Source: a virus (taxonomy: Duplodnaviria; Caudoviricetes). Taken from it: a stretch of DNA of 49,908 bases. The notes below the pieces were generated by a model that saw only the letters and a list, made by a program, of their open reading frames with translations, was not told the DNA's origin and ran no database searches. Location of the stretch: positions 1 to 49,908 of the IMG/VR virus record IMGVR_UViG_3300037483_000243, one strand, 5' to 3'. Both the position numbers and the translations under genes were made by a program. Shown here piece by piece: positions 46,936 to 49,908 of the stretch; the stretch's first letter is position 1, and each line of letters opens with the position of its first letter.

Positions 46936-47319
46936 TCATGGAATGGCCGACACGAAGCAGTCGGCCGCGATCCCGCTGACTAGGGCAGTACTCTCCACAC
47001 GCAGGAAGTTGAACATGAGCGCCACGGTCGAAGCCAGTTGCGTGGCTTGGTTCGTACTGGTGCGGGTCACCAGCGTCGTGGTGTGCGCCGTCGAGATGTC
47101 CCCGCTCGTTGGGGCCAATGCCCCGCGCACCGTCAGCCGGTTCCCCGCACTCGTCTTGATGGCCCCCGCCGCCGTAAACCGGGCCTTGAAGTACATCCGA
47201 TTGGCCAAGGCCGGCCCGAGATGATGCCAGGCCGTGGCCGTTTCCGCCGCGGCCGTGGTCCCGGTCAATGTTGCGAGGGCGTGCGGCCCCCAGGTCGTGA
47301 TGACGCGATCCTTCGCCAT
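46936..47319 (-). CDS. Thr/Ala-rich head decoration-like protein
   Basis: ATG 47319 with GGAGG; beta-rich, FNFLRV. Confidence 0.5.
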   Translation of the reverse strand: MAKDRVITTWGPHALATLTGTTAAAETATAWHHLGPALANRMYFKARFTAAGAIKTSAGNRLTVRGALAPTSGDISTAHTTTLVTRTSTNQATQLASTVALMFNFLRVESTALVSGIAADCFVSAIP

Positions 47320-47320
47320 G

Positions 47321-48343
47321 TTACTCCTCCGGGGTCGTGACCCCAGTCGGCAACCCCTTGTGGCTATCCGGGACTGGGACACGCCCCGGTCCGGGTTCAC
47401 CCGGATCACCCGGCATATGACTCTTGAGAATCCAGTCTATGCAGTTGATCGCGCCCGTGAGTTCGTGGTGGGCAGCCTTGGCCTGTTCAATGGCCCCATC
47501 GGCTTCACCGCGCCGCCGGCTCATCTCGTTGCGATAGGATTGGGCCCGCTTGCGGAAATACCCGCCCTGCTTCTCCCCATATGGGAAAGCGCACTTCAAA
47601 AGATCAGACTGGTCGGGGATGTATACCTTGATCCCCGCCCCCAGTGCGATGCCGATAAACATCTCACAAGAAGGGCGCTGCCAGCCGTACTCCGAGCCCG
47701 GCCCGCCGGCCATCATCATGTCCACACCGAACACGCCGATCTCGGAACCTTCCGAGGCACGTCCTCCAGGGATAGGCACCAACTCCATGATGGCGTGACC
47801 AAGCATCCAACTGATGGAATTGGTGAAGTAGGTATTGGGCCGGGTCATAAAGTGCCCAAAGTATTCGTACATCGCCTTCTTGTTGAGAACGCTAGCGCCG
47901 GGCAACTCCGGTCGCGCCTCAAGGAGATAGAGCCGCATTCCCTTGGCGGACCATTCCTTGAGCCAGGGAACGTGGTTCGGGTCCCGGGGATGGGGCGGCC
48001 CAGCCCGGAAATCCGTCGGGCTATCCGGCCGCAACCCCTGTTCCGTCCACTCGTGGATCTGGAACCACCGGAGCCGGTCGAGCGTCAGCCCGTCCGGCAA
48101 CTCGTGGTAGAGATCGTTCAGGCCCCAGATTTCCCACTCGTCCATGAGGAAGGGGGCCTGGTTCCGATGCTCCGTATAGCCCATGATGGCGATCTTTGAT
48201 CGCCGCGTCACGGGTTCCGGGGGCAGCAAGTTCTTGATGCGGTTGGGACCGCGACGCCGCTTGGGGGTGGGTGCGCCACCCCCGTTGGGTTCCGCGTCGC
48301 TGACGACGGTTTCCGGTACTACGGGCTGAACAGGGCCTCGCAT
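47321..48343 (-). CDS. Candidate nonulosonate (sialyl-type) glycosyltransferase, Cst-II/Maf-like fold
   Basis: KIAIMG ... WEIWGLND ... FTNSISWMLGHAI ... EIGVFGVDM ... EY..QRP parallels the T-S..M..AI..G..EI.L.G.D motif order of GT42/Maf proteins. Confidence 0.55.
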   Translation of the reverse strand: MRGPVQPVVPETVVSDAEPNGGGAPTPKRRRGPNRIKNLLPPEPVTRRSKIAIMGYTEHRNQAPFLMDEWEIWGLNDLYHELPDGLTLDRLRWFQIHEWTEQGLRPDSPTDFRAGPPHPRDPNHVPWLKEWSAKGMRLYLLEARPELPGASVLNKKAMYEYFGHFMTRPNTYFTNSISWMLGHAIMELVPIPGGRASEGSEIGVFGVDMMMAGGPGSEYGWQRPSCEMFIGIALGAGIKVYIPDQSDLLKCAFPYGEKQGGYFRKRAQSYRNEMSRRRGEADGAIEQAKAAHHELTGAINCIDWILKSHMPGDPGEPGPGRVPVPDSHKGLPTGVTTPEE

Positions 48344-48368
48344 CGGCCTTGCTCCTTTCGGGAAAAGG

Positions 48369-49043
48369 TTACGCGGTGCTGTAGGCGATACTCGCGTTGG
48401 GACTGATGGCCCAAACCGCCGAACTCAGGGCGTGGCACACCAAGCTTTCGTGGTCGTGGTCGAACTGCGCCACGTTCTTGAGACCACCCGTGGTGGCAAA
48501 GTTGGTGGCGTTCGATGTGCTGGCAAACACCTTCTGGATCGCGCCCGTTGCCCCATCGTTGCAGTACAGCGTCAACCGCTGGCCCGCCATCGGCGGGGGC
48601 ATGCGCCACGACTTCGCCGCCGTCGCGCCGAAGGATACCACGCCTTCCGTCGGGAACTTGACCGCCGTCGAGGTCACCGTGGTCACCCCGTCGCGAGCAG
48701 ACGCCACCACCTCGAAGATCGAGGTAGTGCGTCCCATGAGGGTGATGGTCTGATTGTCCCCGGAGAAGATGAGACTCGTCCGGGTGCCTGCCGGGGAAAT
48801 GAAGCTATTGGTCGAGGAGGTCTTGACGGTCTGCAATGCCCCCCCGGCCGCATCATTACAGTAGAGCGTCACGCTCTGCCCAGGTTCCGCGTTCTTCATG
48901 CGCCACGTCTTGGCGGCGCTGGAACCGAACGACACCATGCCCCAGTTGGGGAGCACGGTCGCCGTGGAGGTGACGGAATGCACTTGTACCTTGGCACCAT
49001 AGCCCAGCAGGGCGCCCTTACCGACGTACCGACCCTTAGCCAT
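48369..49043 (-). CDS. Head decoration protein with two tandem homologous domains
   Basis: VTSTA...P..G.VSFG..AAK.WRM.....GQ..TLYCND occurs twice. Confidence 0.6.
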   Translation of the reverse strand: MAKGRYVGKGALLGYGAKVQVHSVTSTATVLPNWGMVSFGSSAAKTWRMKNAEPGQSVTLYCNDAAGGALQTVKTSSTNSFISPAGTRTSLIFSGDNQTITLMGRTTSIFEVVASARDGVTTVTSTAVKFPTEGVVSFGATAAKSWRMPPPMAGQRLTLYCNDGATGAIQKVFASTSNATNFATTGGLKNVAQFDHDHESLVCHALSSAVWAISPNASIAYSTA

Positions 49044-49320
49044 TGCTGGCCTCCGGGAGAGGATGTTTGCGTGGACGGCCCCGCTTGCGCTTGGCCGGAA
49101 TAGCGGGCGGGGCCTCGGAAACCGCTGTGCCGATTGCTGGCGCCACGGGGGCCACATCACCCGCCATCACCGCTTCCCCTTCGTCCTGCACGACCCGACG
49201 GGTACTCAGCAGCGCCCGCCGGGTCCGTTCCCGCAGATCCGGCCAGAGCCCATCCACGGCCTGACCGGGCTGAATGTCATGGCCCGCTAACTGCATGGCC
49301 CGGGTCGCCAGGAGCGCCAT
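49036..49320 (-). CDS. Small post-capsid protein with AT-hook (KRGRPRK)
   Basis: TAATG overlap with the capsid stop; C-terminal KRKRGRPRKHP. Confidence 0.6.
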   Translation of the reverse strand: MALLATRAMQLAGHDIQPGQAVDGLWPDLRERTRRALLSTRRVVQDEGEAVMAGDVAPVAPAIGTAVSEAPPAIPAKRKRGRPRKHPLPEASNG

Positions 49321-49908
49321 TAATCCACCACGTCGGCGTTGAAGCAGCCCAAGGCGGCGGACACCACCTTGTGATCGTACCAGAGGCCGCCCCGGATCAC
49401 ATCGGACTTGATCTTGTCCTCCCGGTAGCGGTCGAACTCCAGGCCCATGTTGTTCCCGGTGCCGCGCCAAGTGAACGTGTACCCGGCAGACGGAACTTCC
49501 AGGCCCGGCCGAGGAGCCGCGTACACCAGCATGGCCGCATCCTCGTCAGCCACGAAGTCGTAACTCGGCGTGATACCTTCCGCCGCCGTGTTCCGGGTAG
49601 CATTGGCAACGAAGACCCGCTCAAGCTCGAACAACTGCGCCAAGGTCTGGCGGTTCACGATGGCCGGATTTCCCGGACCGGCCGAGTACTTGATCCGGTC
49701 GATCACGTCTGGGTGCTCAGTGAGGCGGTCGAAGGTGAGCCGGCCGAAGACGCCGGTATTCATCTCCTGGCCGGTATTCTCCCGGACCGTCCGCTTGCTA
49801 CCCTTGACGTCACTCACGGGATCGGAGTTCGCATCACTCCACTTCCCGTTAGTGAGTGTGATAGAGTTATCCCAGATGCTGGCCGCGAAGAACGAGGAAA
49901 CAAAGTTG
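49320..49908 (-). CDS. Major capsid protein (5'-truncated by window edge)
   Basis: Frame open to the window end: KWSDANSDPV.D, L..HP.VIDRIKY, PSAGYTF.W, LG.F..DVV. Confidence 0.88.
   Translation of the reverse strand, partial: NFVSSFFAASIWDNSITLTNGKWSDANSDPVSDVKGSKRTVRENTGQEMNTGVFGRLTFDRLTEHPDVIDRIKYSAGPGNPAIVNRQTLAQLFELERVFVANATRNTAAEGITPSYDFVADEDAAMLVYAAPRPGLEVPSAGYTFTWRGTGNNMGLEFDRYREDKIKSDVIRGGLWYDHKVVSAALGCFNADVVD

Overview
The window is an almost complete, circularly permuted genome of a high-GC temperate tailed (siphovirus-like) phage in its free, attP-intact form. It opens inside a capsid-cement gene (352->1) and closes inside the major capsid gene (49908->49320), so probably only about 0.5 kb joining the ends is missing. 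Modules: immunity switch (about 36.4-37.2 kb); a long minus-strand early operon (ERF annealase, YqaJ exonuclease, replication initiator with iterons, helicase loader, DNA MTase, many small ORFs, Xis, tyrosine integrase, attP in a tRNA-Arg(TCG) 3' half with an adjacent exact parS site); packaging/head genes; and a non-contractile tail module. The standout is a candidate phage-encoded virion glycosylation system with four parts. (i) A compact pseudaminic-acid-type nonulosonate pathway (PseB, PseC, PseH, PseI/NeuB and SpsF/PseF-like enzymes, plus formyltransferase, PIG-L deacetylase, ATP-grasp ligase and a short SDR) sits between the portal and head-morphogenesis genes. (ii) A Cst-II/Maf-like candidate nonulosonate transferase sits among the head genes. 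(iii) A Ser-Thr-Ala tripeptide is strongly over-represented in predicted surface virion proteins (candidate O-glycosylation sequon). (iv) A GGGCAACA motif heads the inferred late transcription units, including both arms of the sugar cluster. All family calls come from motif recognition by eye; no database searches were run.
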